Source of the DNA: an uncultured Gemmataceae bacterium
GTDB lineage: Bacteria; Planctomycetota; Planctomycetia; Gemmatales; Gemmataceae
Direction: 5' to 3'
NCBI GenBank assembly: GCA_963750165.1
Contig: CAVVPN010000011.1
Location: 1,280,001 to 1,344,000, forward strand
DNA: 64,000 bases
The position numbers were made by a program, and so were the translations under genes. Below are positions 49,790 to 58,841 of this stretch, piece after piece (position 1 is the stretch's first letter; each line of letters begins with the position of its first letter). A model generated the notes under the pieces. That model saw nothing but the letters and a program-made list of their open reading frames with translations. It was not told the origin of the DNA and made no database searches.

Positions 49790-51826
49790 ATGACCTTGCC
49801 GCCGCGTCCGGTTCACCTGGAACATTGCACCTCCGAGCCGCTGCACTTCTTCGGCCGCGCCGCCGAGCTGGCCCTGCTCGACGCCGCGCTGACCGGCGGC
49901 ACGGCGAGCGTCGTCGCCTTCATCGGCCCCGGCGGCCAGGGCAAGACCGCCATTATCCAGCACTGGCTGCGGCCGTTCGTCAGCGGCGACCGTCGTGCCG
50001 ATGGCGTCTTCCTCTGGAGCTTCTACCGCGGCAAGGACGCGGACGTTTGCCTGCGGCAGCTGTACGGCTACGCGGAGGGCGTCGGCGGTGCGCCGGAGGT
50101 GTCGGCCAGTTACTGTGTCGATCACCTGCTGCCCCGGCTGCGGCGCGAGCGCTGGGTGCTGGTGCTCGATGGCGCCGAGGTGGTGCAGCACGACGCCGGG
50201 CCGTGGTTTGGCCGCTTCGTCCATCCCGAACTGGGCCGGCTGGTCGAGGAACTGGCGTCGGCACCGCTGCCGGGCGTCGTCGTGCTCACGAGCCGCTTCC
50301 CCTTCCCGACGGTCGAAGGCCGCCGCCACGCCGTCGCCGTCCACCTCGCCGGCCTTGACGCCGCCAGCGCCCGCGCCCTGCTGGAGAGCGTTGGCGTTCA
50401 CGGCCCGGCGACGGACCTGGAGGCGGCCGCGGCGTCCTGTGGCTGGCACGCCAAGGCGGTCGAGCTGCTGGGCACGTACCTGACGCGCTTCCACGGCGGT
50501 GCGGTCGCGGCGCAGCGCGCGGTGCCGCCGGCGCCGCCAATGGAGGGGGCGTCCGACGAGGAGCAACAGGTGCTGCGCGTGCTACGGGCGCTGCACGCCG
50601 CGCTGAGCGCCGAGGAGAAGGATGTCGTCGCCCTGACGACGGCGTTCCGACAACCGCCCGGCGAGGAACAACTGCTGGCGTACCTGGCCAGCGCCCCGCT
50701 GCAAGCGATGCTGCAACAGCACTGGCGGCGAACGTACCCGCCGTTCGACCGTCGCCCGTCCGGCTGGCTGGCGGCGCAGGTGGACGGCCTGGTGGCACTG
50801 CGGCTGCTGGAGCGCGTCGGCCAGGGCGGCGGCGTGGTCATTGACGCGCACCCGCTGGTGCGGCGCGGTTTCGAGCACCTGCTGGGGCCGGCCGGTCAGC
50901 GCCAGAGCGCCCAGGCCCGCGCCGGCTTCCTGCGCGGCCGTCCCGACCGCCGGCCCCCCGCCACGCTGGAGCAGGCACGCGAGGAGGTCGAACTGTTTCA
51001 CGCTTACTGCGACGCCGGGCTGTGGAACGAGGCCGACAGCGTCTTCGTCGCGCTCGACAATCCCAAGCACCGCTTCCTGGCGCCGGTGTTCGAGCGCGAC
51101 CTGTTGTTGCGCTTCTTCCCCGGCGGCGACTGGCGCGAGCCGCCGTTGTGGCCGGGCTTCGGCCGCTATCGGAGTCTGGCAATCAGCATGGAACTCATGG
51201 GCGACTATGAGGCGGCGCTGGGCCTGTACCGCGGCGACGACGCGGCGCTGCGCGGCGACGCCTTGATCGCGCTGGGCCGCTTGCAGCCGCTGCTGGAACA
51301 GACGCAGGTGACGCCGCCGTGGCAATCGTTGTGGCAGGCGTACCGGGCGCACGCGCTGTGCCTGGCGGGGCGCACGGCCGAGGCGGTGGCGCTGGCGCGG
51401 ACGCTGGTTCCCGTGGACGTGTATGAATGGGTTCATGTGTTCGAGTGTCTGCTACGTGCCGGGCAGCTGGCGGCGCTGGATTTGCGCAGCGTGCTGTATC
51501 GGCCGCCGCTGGCCAACGAGCACCGCTGGAGTAGTTTGGCCCGGCAGCGGATGCAGGCGGATTTTGTGCGCCTGACCGACCCGGTCGCGGCGGCACAGTT
51601 GGGGCCGACGTTCGCGGAGTTGCTGGAGGCGTATGACCGCGGCGGGCTGCCGTACGAGCGGGCGCTGGTGCGGCTGAGTTACAGCCGCTGGCTGCTGACG
51701 CGCGGCGCGACGGAGCAGGCAAGGAGTGTCAACGCGCTGACACGGGAGCTGGCGGAGCGGCACGGTATGCGCATCGTCGCTGCGGACGCGCAAGCGCTGC
51801 ACGACGGCGGCAACGGCCGGCCGTGA
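49790..51826 (+). CDS. STAND (NB-ARC/AAA_16-like) ATPase with helical C-terminus
   Basis: FFGRAAEL, GPGGQGKT, LVLDGAE, VLTSR, HPLVR. Confidence 0.8.
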   Translation: MTLPPRPVHLEHCTSEPLHFFGRAAELALLDAALTGGTASVVAFIGPGGQGKTAIIQHWLRPFVSGDRRADGVFLWSFYRGKDADVCLRQLYGYAEGVGGAPEVSASYCVDHLLPRLRRERWVLVLDGAEVVQHDAGPWFGRFVHPELGRLVEELASAPLPGVVVLTSRFPFPTVEGRRHAVAVHLAGLDAASARALLESVGVHGPATDLEAAAASCGWHAKAVELLGTYLTRFHGGAVAAQRAVPPAPPMEGASDEEQQVLRVLRALHAALSAEEKDVVALTTAFRQPPGEEQLLAYLASAPLQAMLQQHWRRTYPPFDRRPSGWLAAQVDGLVALRLLERVGQGGGVVIDAHPLVRRGFEHLLGPAGQRQSAQARAGFLRGRPDRRPPATLEQAREEVELFHAYCDAGLWNEADSVFVALDNPKHRFLAPVFERDLLLRFFPGGDWREPPLWPGFGRYRSLAISMELMGDYEAALGLYRGDDAALRGDALIALGRLQPLLEQTQVTPPWQSLWQAYRAHALCLAGRTAEAVALARTLVPVDVYEWVHVFECLLRAGQLAALDLRSVLYRPPLANEHRWSSLARQRMQADFVRLTDPVAAAQLGPTFAELLEAYDRGGLPYERALVRLSYSRWLLTRGATEQARSVNALTRELAERHGMRIVAADAQALHDGGNGRP

Positions 51827-51869
51827 GCCCCGTCGATTCACTCCTGCGCGAACCTGCTTTTCGGCCCGA

Positions 51870-53795
51870 TCAATTCAACTCCACCGCCTCTTCCCAGTGC
51901 TCGTACAGTTGCGCCAGCCGCACCTTCACGTCCTCGAACGCCTTGGTCGTGTCCTTGACCTTGTTGGCGTCGCGGTACAGCTCCGACGACGCCAGCGCCG
52001 CCTCCAGTTCACGCAACCGCGTCTCCTCCGCGGCGATGTCCGCCTCCAGATCCTCCACCTTGCGATAGGGGAAACGCCGCTTTTTCTTGCCGCGGGCCGT
52101 CGTGTTGTTCTGCGCCGCGGCGGTCGGTGGCGGCGTGGAGCGGGCGGGTTCGGCCGGCTTGCGGGTGGTCTCGGCGGCGCGGGCCTCCTGCTGCATCGCC
52201 CGCATCCGCTCGTAGGTGTCGTAGTTGCCGTACACCACCTGCTGCGTGCCATCGCCCTCCAGCGCGATCAGCACGTCCACGACGCGGTTCAGGAAATAAC
52301 GATCGTGGCTCACCACCAGCACGGTGCCCTCAAACGCCAGCAGCGCCTGCTCCAGGGCCTCGCACGCCCACAGGTCGAGATGGTTGGTCGGCTCGTCCAG
52401 CACCAGGACGTTGACGCCCTGCGCCACCAGCCGCGCCAGCGCCGCCCGGCTGCGCTCGCCGCCGCTCAGTTTGCCGACACGCTGGAATGTTCGCTCGCCC
52501 ACCAGGCCGAAGCGGCTCAGCAGGTCACGCATCTGCTGCTCGTTGGCGTCCGCATCGTCGTGCGGCCACACCGCCCGCAGCACTGGCTTGTCCAGGTCCA
52601 GCGTCTGCAAATGCTGGTCGTAGTAGCCGAACTCCACATGATGCCCGACCTGCACACGGCCGCGATCCGGCTCCTCCTCGCCCAGCAAAATCTTCAGCAG
52701 TGTCGTCTTGCCGCTGCCGTTGGCGCCCAGAATGCCCAGCCGCTGGCCGCGGTGCAGCGTGAAACTCAGGTCCGTGAACAGCGGCCGGTCGTACGCCTTG
52801 GTCAGGTCCTCAACCTGAAACACCACATCGCCGCTGCGGCGCACCTCACCGAAGTGCATGTGCGGCGACTCGATCAGCGTCGGCCGTTCCACGCGCTCCA
52901 GGCGGTCGAGTTGCTTCTGCCGCGACGCCGCCTGCTTGTGCAACTGGCCGTAGTGAACGCGGCGGATGTACTCCTCCTGCTTGGCGATGTACTCCTGCTG
53001 GGCCTCCCACGCCTTCAACTCCTGGGCGTGGCGCTCCTGCCGCAGCCGCCAGTATTGCTGGTAGTTGCCGGGGTATGACGTCAGCCGCGCCGGCGTCATC
53101 TCGAAGACCTTCGTCACCACGCGGTCCAGGAAATAGCGGTCGTGGCTAACGATCAGCATTGCCTCGGACTGCTTCGCCAAATAATCTTCGAGCCAGCGCG
53201 TCGTGGCGATGTCGAGATGGTTGCTCGGCTCGTCGAGCAGCATCACGTCGGGCGCCGCCAGGAGCAATTTGGCCAGCATCAATCGGCTCTGCTGGCCGCC
53301 GCTGAACGTCTCCACGGGCCGCTCGTAATCGATGCGGCTGAAGCCGAGGCCGTCCAGGATGTGCTCGATGCGGTGATCGACGTTGTAGGCGTCGTGGTGG
53401 CGCAGCAACTCGTTGAGGCGGTCATAGCGGGCCGCCAAACTCTTGCGCTCGGCCTCGTCGGTGGCCTTCGCCAGCGCCTCGGCGGTGTGAACCATGTCGT
53501 CGTGGGCGGCGACCAGCTCGTCGAGCGCGGTACGGGCCTCGGCGAACAGAGTGCGGCCGGGCGGGAACTCCGGCTGCTGACGCAGCAGCGTGACGCGAGC
53601 GCCGGCGTGGTGCCGTACCTCGCCGGTGTCCGGTTGGTCGAGGCCGGCGAGGATGCGCAGCAGGGTCGTCTTGCCCACACCATTGGGGCCGACCAGGCCG
53701 ACCCGTTCGCCGTGGTACAGCTCAAAACCGAGCTGTTCAAACAGGGGGCCACGGTCGAAACCGCGCGACAGGTTCGAGCAACTTAATAACAGCAT
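51870..53795 (-). CDS. ABC-F family ATPase (Uup-like)
   Basis: Two ABC cassettes (GPNGVGKT, GANGSGKT, DEPSNHLD, DEPTNHLD); no TM segments; C-terminal coiled coil. Confidence 0.95.
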   Translation of the reverse strand: MLLLSCSNLSRGFDRGPLFEQLGFELYHGERVGLVGPNGVGKTTLLRILAGLDQPDTGEVRHHAGARVTLLRQQPEFPPGRTLFAEARTALDELVAAHDDMVHTAEALAKATDEAERKSLAARYDRLNELLRHHDAYNVDHRIEHILDGLGFSRIDYERPVETFSGGQQSRLMLAKLLLAAPDVMLLDEPSNHLDIATTRWLEDYLAKQSEAMLIVSHDRYFLDRVVTKVFEMTPARLTSYPGNYQQYWRLRQERHAQELKAWEAQQEYIAKQEEYIRRVHYGQLHKQAASRQKQLDRLERVERPTLIESPHMHFGEVRRSGDVVFQVEDLTKAYDRPLFTDLSFTLHRGQRLGILGANGSGKTTLLKILLGEEEPDRGRVQVGHHVEFGYYDQHLQTLDLDKPVLRAVWPHDDADANEQQMRDLLSRFGLVGERTFQRVGKLSGGERSRAALARLVAQGVNVLVLDEPTNHLDLWACEALEQALLAFEGTVLVVSHDRYFLNRVVDVLIALEGDGTQQVVYGNYDTYERMRAMQQEARAAETTRKPAEPARSTPPPTAAAQNNTTARGKKKRRFPYRKVEDLEADIAAEETRLRELEAALASSELYRDANKVKDTTKAFEDVKVRLAQLYEHWEEAVELN

Positions 53796-53802
53796 GTTGG
53801 AC

Positions 53803-54802
53803 TTATTGCTTGACCACCAGGGCGGGAGCAGTCAGGAACAGGTCGATGTAGGGGCGATCCGCCACCGCTGTCCGCGCTTGCCGGAAGCGGACCACGGCCT
53901 CGCGGCGGTTGGCGTCGCCGTCGAACCAGAGTTGATACGCCGACAGGAACAGCAGGGTCGTGTCCTGTGGTTGTTTGGCGAGCCGGTCGTGCAGCAGCGC
54001 CAGCTGGGCGTCGTACTCCGCCTCCTGTCCCTGATACAACCGCTGTCGGGGATGGAAATCGGAGCGGGGCCAGTTTTTGTTGTGCCGCAGCCCGGCGCGG
54101 ATCGCGGCCAGTGCCTGCGGATACTTGCCCAGGGCGAAACGGGCCTGGGCCAGCAGGAAATGGGCCTCGGCGAACTGGTCCTTGACCTGGGTGGCCTGCT
54201 CGAAGCGCAGCGCCGCCAGGCCGAACTCCTGCTCCTTGAACGCGGCCAACCCCTCTTCCGCCAGGCGCACCTGCACCTCCCTGGCGCCCGCGACTTGCTG
54301 CCGGGGCGGCGGCGGCCCCTCGACCTTGAGCTTGGGTTTGGGGGCAGGCGGCAGGTCCTCGGGCCGCAGCGGCTTCTTCGGTTTGGACACGTCCACGCCG
54401 GGCACCTTGAAGGCCGGCTCCGGCGGCTTGATTCGCGGCTCCTCGACAGGTTTTTTCTTGACCGGTATCAGGTCGAGATCAACGCCGGCAATCGCGTCTG
54501 CCTCCGACTGGCGCGGCCTGCGGCGGCGGGAGCAGGGGCGGCGGCGGTGGGTAGTAGTTGACGATGACGCGCGTGCTGATGCTGGGGTAGAAGCCGCCGC
54601 CGTAAAAACCGCTGGCGTAGTAGCGACTGCCGAGGAAACCGCCGATGCCCAGGTGGCCGCGCTGGTACGAAAAGCCGATGCCGCCACCGCCGCTGTAGCC
54701 GTAGCCGCTCTGGTAGCCGTAAGGGATCAGAACCTGGGCGCGCAGGGGGCCACAGGTGATGGTGAGCGCGATCAGGGCGAGCCATCCGCGTGCGTGGTTC
54801 AT
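53803..54802 (-). CDS. Secreted TPR protein (frameshift near 54515)
   Basis: Signal peptide and Gly/Tyr-rich N-terminus in one frame; TPR-like AHFLLAQARFALGKY in the next. Confidence 0.75.
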
Positions 54803-54911
54803 GCGAGTGCCCCTTTCGATGGCCCAAAAGCTGGTGACGGACTCATGATGGGATTATCGGTTGTGCCACGGGTGCGTGCAAGGCGGATGTGTGCGATTTT
54901 GCGCGTCGGCT

Positions 54912-55200
54912 TCAGGGAAGCAGTTCGTACACCACGCGAAAGCCGAAGTGGAACATCGACGAACGCGGGCTGAACGACGCGCGTTCGGTCGAATTCAACG
55001 CTTCGGGCACGTCCGCGAAGCTGTAACTGCGGATGACCTGCAAGCCGCCCTGCACGCGCACCAGCGGGTTGGTCGCCTGGCCCGTCGGCAGGTCCTCCAC
55101 CAGCGAGTCCAGGCAGTATTCACAGACGTTGCCGTGCATGTCGTACAGGCCCCAGGCGTTGGGCCGCTTTCGCCCGACCGGGTGCGACTGACAAAGTCGA
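54912..55200 (-). pseudogene. C-terminal fragment of an FGE-sulfatase (SUMF1) domain
   Basis: HPVGRKRPNAWGLYDMHGNVCEYC...GFRVV; no N-terminal part. Confidence 0.85.
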
Positions 55201-55221
55201 TCCGTTGGGTCAAGAGATTGT

Positions 55222-55363
55222 AATGCGGACTGCCGCGCCGCAGTGTGCTCAGCAAGTCGGCAAAGGCGGGCTCGGCCTTCTGTTTGTACCAGGGCCGATC
55301 CGGGAAGCGCACCTGGGCGTGCCCCACCTGGTGAAACCAGACCACGACCAGGCTGTAGGCCAC
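55222..55363 (-). mobile_element. Transposase C-terminal remnant (IS701-like)
   Basis: AYSLVVVWF...DRPWYKQKAEPAFADLLSTLRR. Confidence 0.65.
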
Positions 55364-55517
55364 CAGTGTTTCCGCTCACAATTCCTGCAATGAATTCGGA
55401 AAGCAATGACAAGCAACTGTCAGCGTCTTTTCCCAGGGAATGCAGGGATTTCAGCGAGTGGCATGGACCTGCCACCGAGCCCGAATTCGTTGCAGGAATT
55501 GTGAGTGGAAACACTGG
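55363..55517. mobile_element. MITE-like element with 37-bp TIRs
   Basis: Arms at 55363-55399 and 55481-55517 with 2 mismatches; no target duplication seen. Confidence 0.75.
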
Positions 55518-55546
55518 CGGACAAAATTGCTTGCCCGTCTCGAGCC

Positions 55547-55601
55547 GTAGCCGCAAACTTTAGTTTGCGTTCGGCTGGCGCAGGCTAAAGCCTGCGGCTA
55601 C
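55547..55601. repeat. GTAG-type REPIN
   Basis: GTAGCCGCAAACTTTAGTTTGCG...CGCAGGCTAAAGCCTGCGGCTAC. Confidence 0.85.
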
Positions 55602-55640
55602 AGAGTTTTCTCCGCCAGCTCTTATCAATCTCCACCGCCT

Positions 55641-56418
55641 TCACGCCTGCTTCTTGCCGGACAGCCGCGGCGACCGCGGAAAGTGCGGCGCCGGCAAGCT
55701 GGCCGGGCCGTCGAGGCGGAAGGTCTTGCCCGCGACGCGCCCCGGTTCGGGTCGGACGAACGGTAACAGAATCGGCCCATCGGCTGCCGTCAGCCGCTCC
55801 GCCCGGCGGCGCTGACGCTGTTGCCGCCGGCGGGCCTCCTGAAAGCCCACGTCGTCCCACAATTTCGTCAGTTCCGGGCAACGGGGCAGGTGGAAACGCG
55901 CCGCTTGCAGTGCCCGGCGCCTCCCGCCACCGTCCCGCCCGGCAGAGGCCGCGCACCACCAGCGCCAGGATGCGCCGATCCGCGGGGGCCAGCGTCAGCG
56001 CCTGCCGCAGACACTTCAGCCCCTGATCGCGGTCGCCCTGCCTCAGCAGCAGCCTGCCGAGCACGGCCCGGTAGCGCGGCCGGCACGGGGCCAACTCGGT
56101 GGCGCTGCGAGCGTGTTCGGTAGCGCGAATGACATTGCCCTGGCCGCGGGCGACGAGGGTCAGCAGGAAGTGGCTGTGGGCGTGCTGCGGGCGCATGACG
56201 AGGATGGCGGTCAGGTGGTGCCGGGCAGCCCCGTAGCGGCGCTGGCGCAGGAACGACCGGGCCAGGCGTACCCGCACCGCCAGCGCCGCTGCGGCCGGCA
56301 ACTGACGGAACGCGGCCACGCGCGTCAACAGTTGATGGGCCGGCTGGCGGCAGCCCAGGTGTTCCAGACGACGGACGTTTGCCAGAAGTTGATCGAACAG
56401 CCGAAGTGGTTCGCTCAT
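55641..56418 (-). CDS. TPR protein (frameshift near 55917)
   Basis: Helical repeats (ATELAPCRPRYRAVLGRLL, ALTLAPAD); C-terminus in ORF 55641-55862. Confidence 0.7.
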
Positions 56419-56658
56419 GTGCGCTGCCTCCATGCAGCGGAGAATGGCGAGGTGTTCCGAAAGGGCGATTATAGCCAGCGGCGCCAGCGCCACAAGACGA
56501 GAATCGTTGCACCTCCCACGTCGGAAAAGTCGCCCGCGCTTGCCCCGGTCCCGCAAACCGGTCGGGCGCGTCAACTCGGCGCGCCGCCGGCACGCTTTGC
56601 CCTGGCGGAGCGGCCGCGGTCGCGATACAGTCATGGGATGCAACGGAGGACGGACCAC

Positions 56659-57513
56659 ATGCATTCCACGATCCTGCCCACCCCCCGCCGCCCCCGGGCG
56701 CTGGCCCGGCTGATCGCCGGCGCCTTGACCCTGGCCGTGCTCGCGGCCGTGCTGCTCGGCGCGGCGCCGGCCCAGGTGCCCGACAAGGCCAAGGGCCTCA
56801 AGACCAACCAGGCCACCAAGCGCAACAACGGCAGCGCCGGCGTGCTGACCGGCGCCGTCTGTTTATTCAACCTGTTCGTCGATGACAAGGAATCGCACTG
56901 GACCAGGGCGGAGCGCGACCAGGTGCGCGGCCGGTTGATGGCGGCGACCACCTTCCTGGACCTGCACGCCCGCAAGTACAACAAAAAGGTCAGCTTCACC
57001 GTGGCCTACCAGGACGGCCTCAAGTACGAGGCGGGACTGCCGACCGACATGTTCGTGGACCCGTCCTGGACCGAAGCGGTGCTGCGCCTGACCGGTGCCG
57101 TCAGCGGCAACGCCCTGGTGAAGCGGCTCAAGCAGCAGCACGGCGCCGAGCACGTCCTGCTGCTCATCCACGTCAACAAAAACGCCACCTCATACAGCCT
57201 GTCGTACTATGACAACATCGACCAGACTTACAGCGCCGAGCGTGTCGTGTGCTTCAACCGCTACGCCGACGGCCGGCCGTCCGCGGCGGCGACCTACGCT
57301 CATGAAATCCTGCACGGCTTCGGTGCCGGCGAGCTGTACTTCCCCTTCGACGAGAACGGCCAGCGCAAGCAACTCGGCAAGAAATGGTTCCCCAATGACG
57401 TGATGCAGCGTGTCGATTACAACATCGACGTGCTCAACGTCGGGGCGTACACGGCCTACCGCGTCGGCTGGCTAAACCGGCTGGCGGATGAGTACAAGAT
57501 GTTCGAGGACTGA
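56659..57513 (+). CDS. Secreted putative zinc metallopeptidase
   Basis: Signal peptide; AHEILHGFGAGELY, downstream NDVM (Met-turn-like), AYRVGW. Confidence 0.7.
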   Translation: MHSTILPTPRRPRALARLIAGALTLAVLAAVLLGAAPAQVPDKAKGLKTNQATKRNNGSAGVLTGAVCLFNLFVDDKESHWTRAERDQVRGRLMAATTFLDLHARKYNKKVSFTVAYQDGLKYEAGLPTDMFVDPSWTEAVLRLTGAVSGNALVKRLKQQHGAEHVLLLIHVNKNATSYSLSYYDNIDQTYSAERVVCFNRYADGRPSAAATYAHEILHGFGAGELYFPFDENGQRKQLGKKWFPNDVMQRVDYNIDVLNVGAYTAYRVGWLNRLADEYKMFED

Positions 57514-57516
57514 GCC

Positions 57517-57941
57517 ATGAGCGACGCCAACGTGGCCCTGGCGCGACGCTGGTTTGAGGAAGTCTGGAACCAGCGCCGTGGCGACACCATCGACGAACTG
57601 CTGACGCCCGAGAGTGTCTGTCACTCTCCGGCTGGCGTGCTGGAAGGGCCGGAGGGGTTCAGGAGCAACATTCACGGGCCGTTCCTGCGGGCCTTCTCCG
57701 ACATTGACGCCCAGGTGGAAGATGTGATCGCCCAGGGCGACACGGTGGTCGTGCGCTGGCACACCACGGTGACGCACACCGGCCACGGTCTCGGTTTCCC
57801 GCCGTCGGGGCGGCGCGTGTCGGTGCGCGGCATGACGTGGTTTCGCTTCGAGGCCGGCAAGATGATGGAGGGCTGGGATTGCTGGAACCTGGATGGCTTC
57901 CTCAAGGCGCTGGGGCGCCGGCGCCCGACCAGGTGGCGTGA
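57517..57941 (+). CDS. SnoaL-like ester cyclase (probable frameshift near 57915)
   Basis: NVALARRWFEEVWN, AFSD, THTGHGLG.PPSGR. Confidence 0.85.
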
Positions 57942-57959
57942 AGTCGGCGGGGGTGCGTC

Positions 57960-58430
57960 ATGGCGTGGCGACAACGGGTGTGGCTCGGTCTGCCGCCGCT
58001 GTTGCTGTGCGCTCTGGACGGCGCTCTGACGCTGGCGGGCCAGCCTGCGGCGTACTGGCAGGGCGACCGCGCCGCCGCCCGGGAACTGAACCCGCTCTTC
58101 GACCTGCTGCTGCGTTACGACCCGGGCGTGGCCGTGGCCGGACTGGTTGTCTGGCTGGTCATGATCGCCCTGGCGGTGCTGCTGCTGCCGGGGCGGTCGG
58201 CGTTCCTGGCGGCGTTCGCGTGTGCGTTCGGCCACGCCTGCGGGGCGGCCAGCTGGATGGTTACGCTGGGAGTGCCGGGCTGGGTGCTGGCGGTGCTGCT
58301 GCTCATCGCGGCGGAGCGACTGGTGGCGCTGTCCTGGCGAGCGGCGCGGCGTCAGGCCGCCGGTGATGGCACTACCGGCGGGCTGACGCCGCGCCGCTCG
58401 CCGAGTCATTCGCCAAACTGGGATCAGTAA
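57960..58430 (+). CDS. Hypothetical membrane protein
   Basis: Four TM segments, LDGALTL, ELNPLF; 3' end runs through a REPIN (58336-58402). Confidence 0.7.
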   Translation: MAWRQRVWLGLPPLLLCALDGALTLAGQPAAYWQGDRAAARELNPLFDLLLRYDPGVAVAGLVVWLVMIALAVLLLPGRSAFLAAFACAFGHACGAASWMVTLGVPGWVLAVLLLIAAERLVALSWRAARRQAAGDGTTGGLTPRRSPSHSPNWDQ

Positions 58431-58471
58431 AAGTCAAAGAGACGACCCCGGCCTGATGGCGGCGCTGCGAC

Positions 58472-58789
58472 TCACGCGGCATTGGCCGGCCGAATCCAGT
58501 CCTGCGGCGGCCAGGGCTGCTCGTCGGCGGTCTCGGTGCGGGCGGCGTGCAATTCCTCCAACCGCAGGTGCAGCCGTCGCAGTTCGCGCAGGATGGCGTC
58601 GAGTTGCAGACCGACCTCGTCCGCCAGGACCGTGGCCGACGGCACCGCCGCGGCCGGCTCCGGCTCGGCCTCGGACAGCGGCGCAGGCCGGACCAGGGCC
58701 TTCAACTTCCGCACCAGCGCCGACGGCAGGCAGCGCTTTGCCCCTTGCCGGCAGCCGCGCAGCACTCGAACCATCAGGCCCTTTCCCAT
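58472..58789 (-). CDS. Hypothetical protein
   Basis: RBS AGGAG; LDAILRELRRL coiled coil; directly downstream of the GT4 gene. Confidence 0.6.
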   Translation of the reverse strand: MGKGLMVRVLRGCRQGAKRCLPSALVRKLKALVRPAPLSEAEPEPAAAVPSATVLADEVGLQLDAILRELRRLHLRLEELHAARTETADEQPWPPQDWIRPANAA

Positions 58790-58841
58790 GCTCGTTCTCC
58801 TTTCTCATTCACGAACCGGACACCCACTGCCGGACCCTTTC

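Noticed and set aside
54912..55200. FGE-type domain tail as a DGR target
   Set aside because: No second copy and no reverse transcriptase were seen; it appears to be a simple truncated gene.
55370..55385. 15-nt match to the lac operator (reverse complement GGAATTGTGAGCGGA)
   Set aside because: It lies inside one arm of a 37-bp TIR whose other arm differs at that site, and no other vector sequence is nearby. Treated as coincidence.
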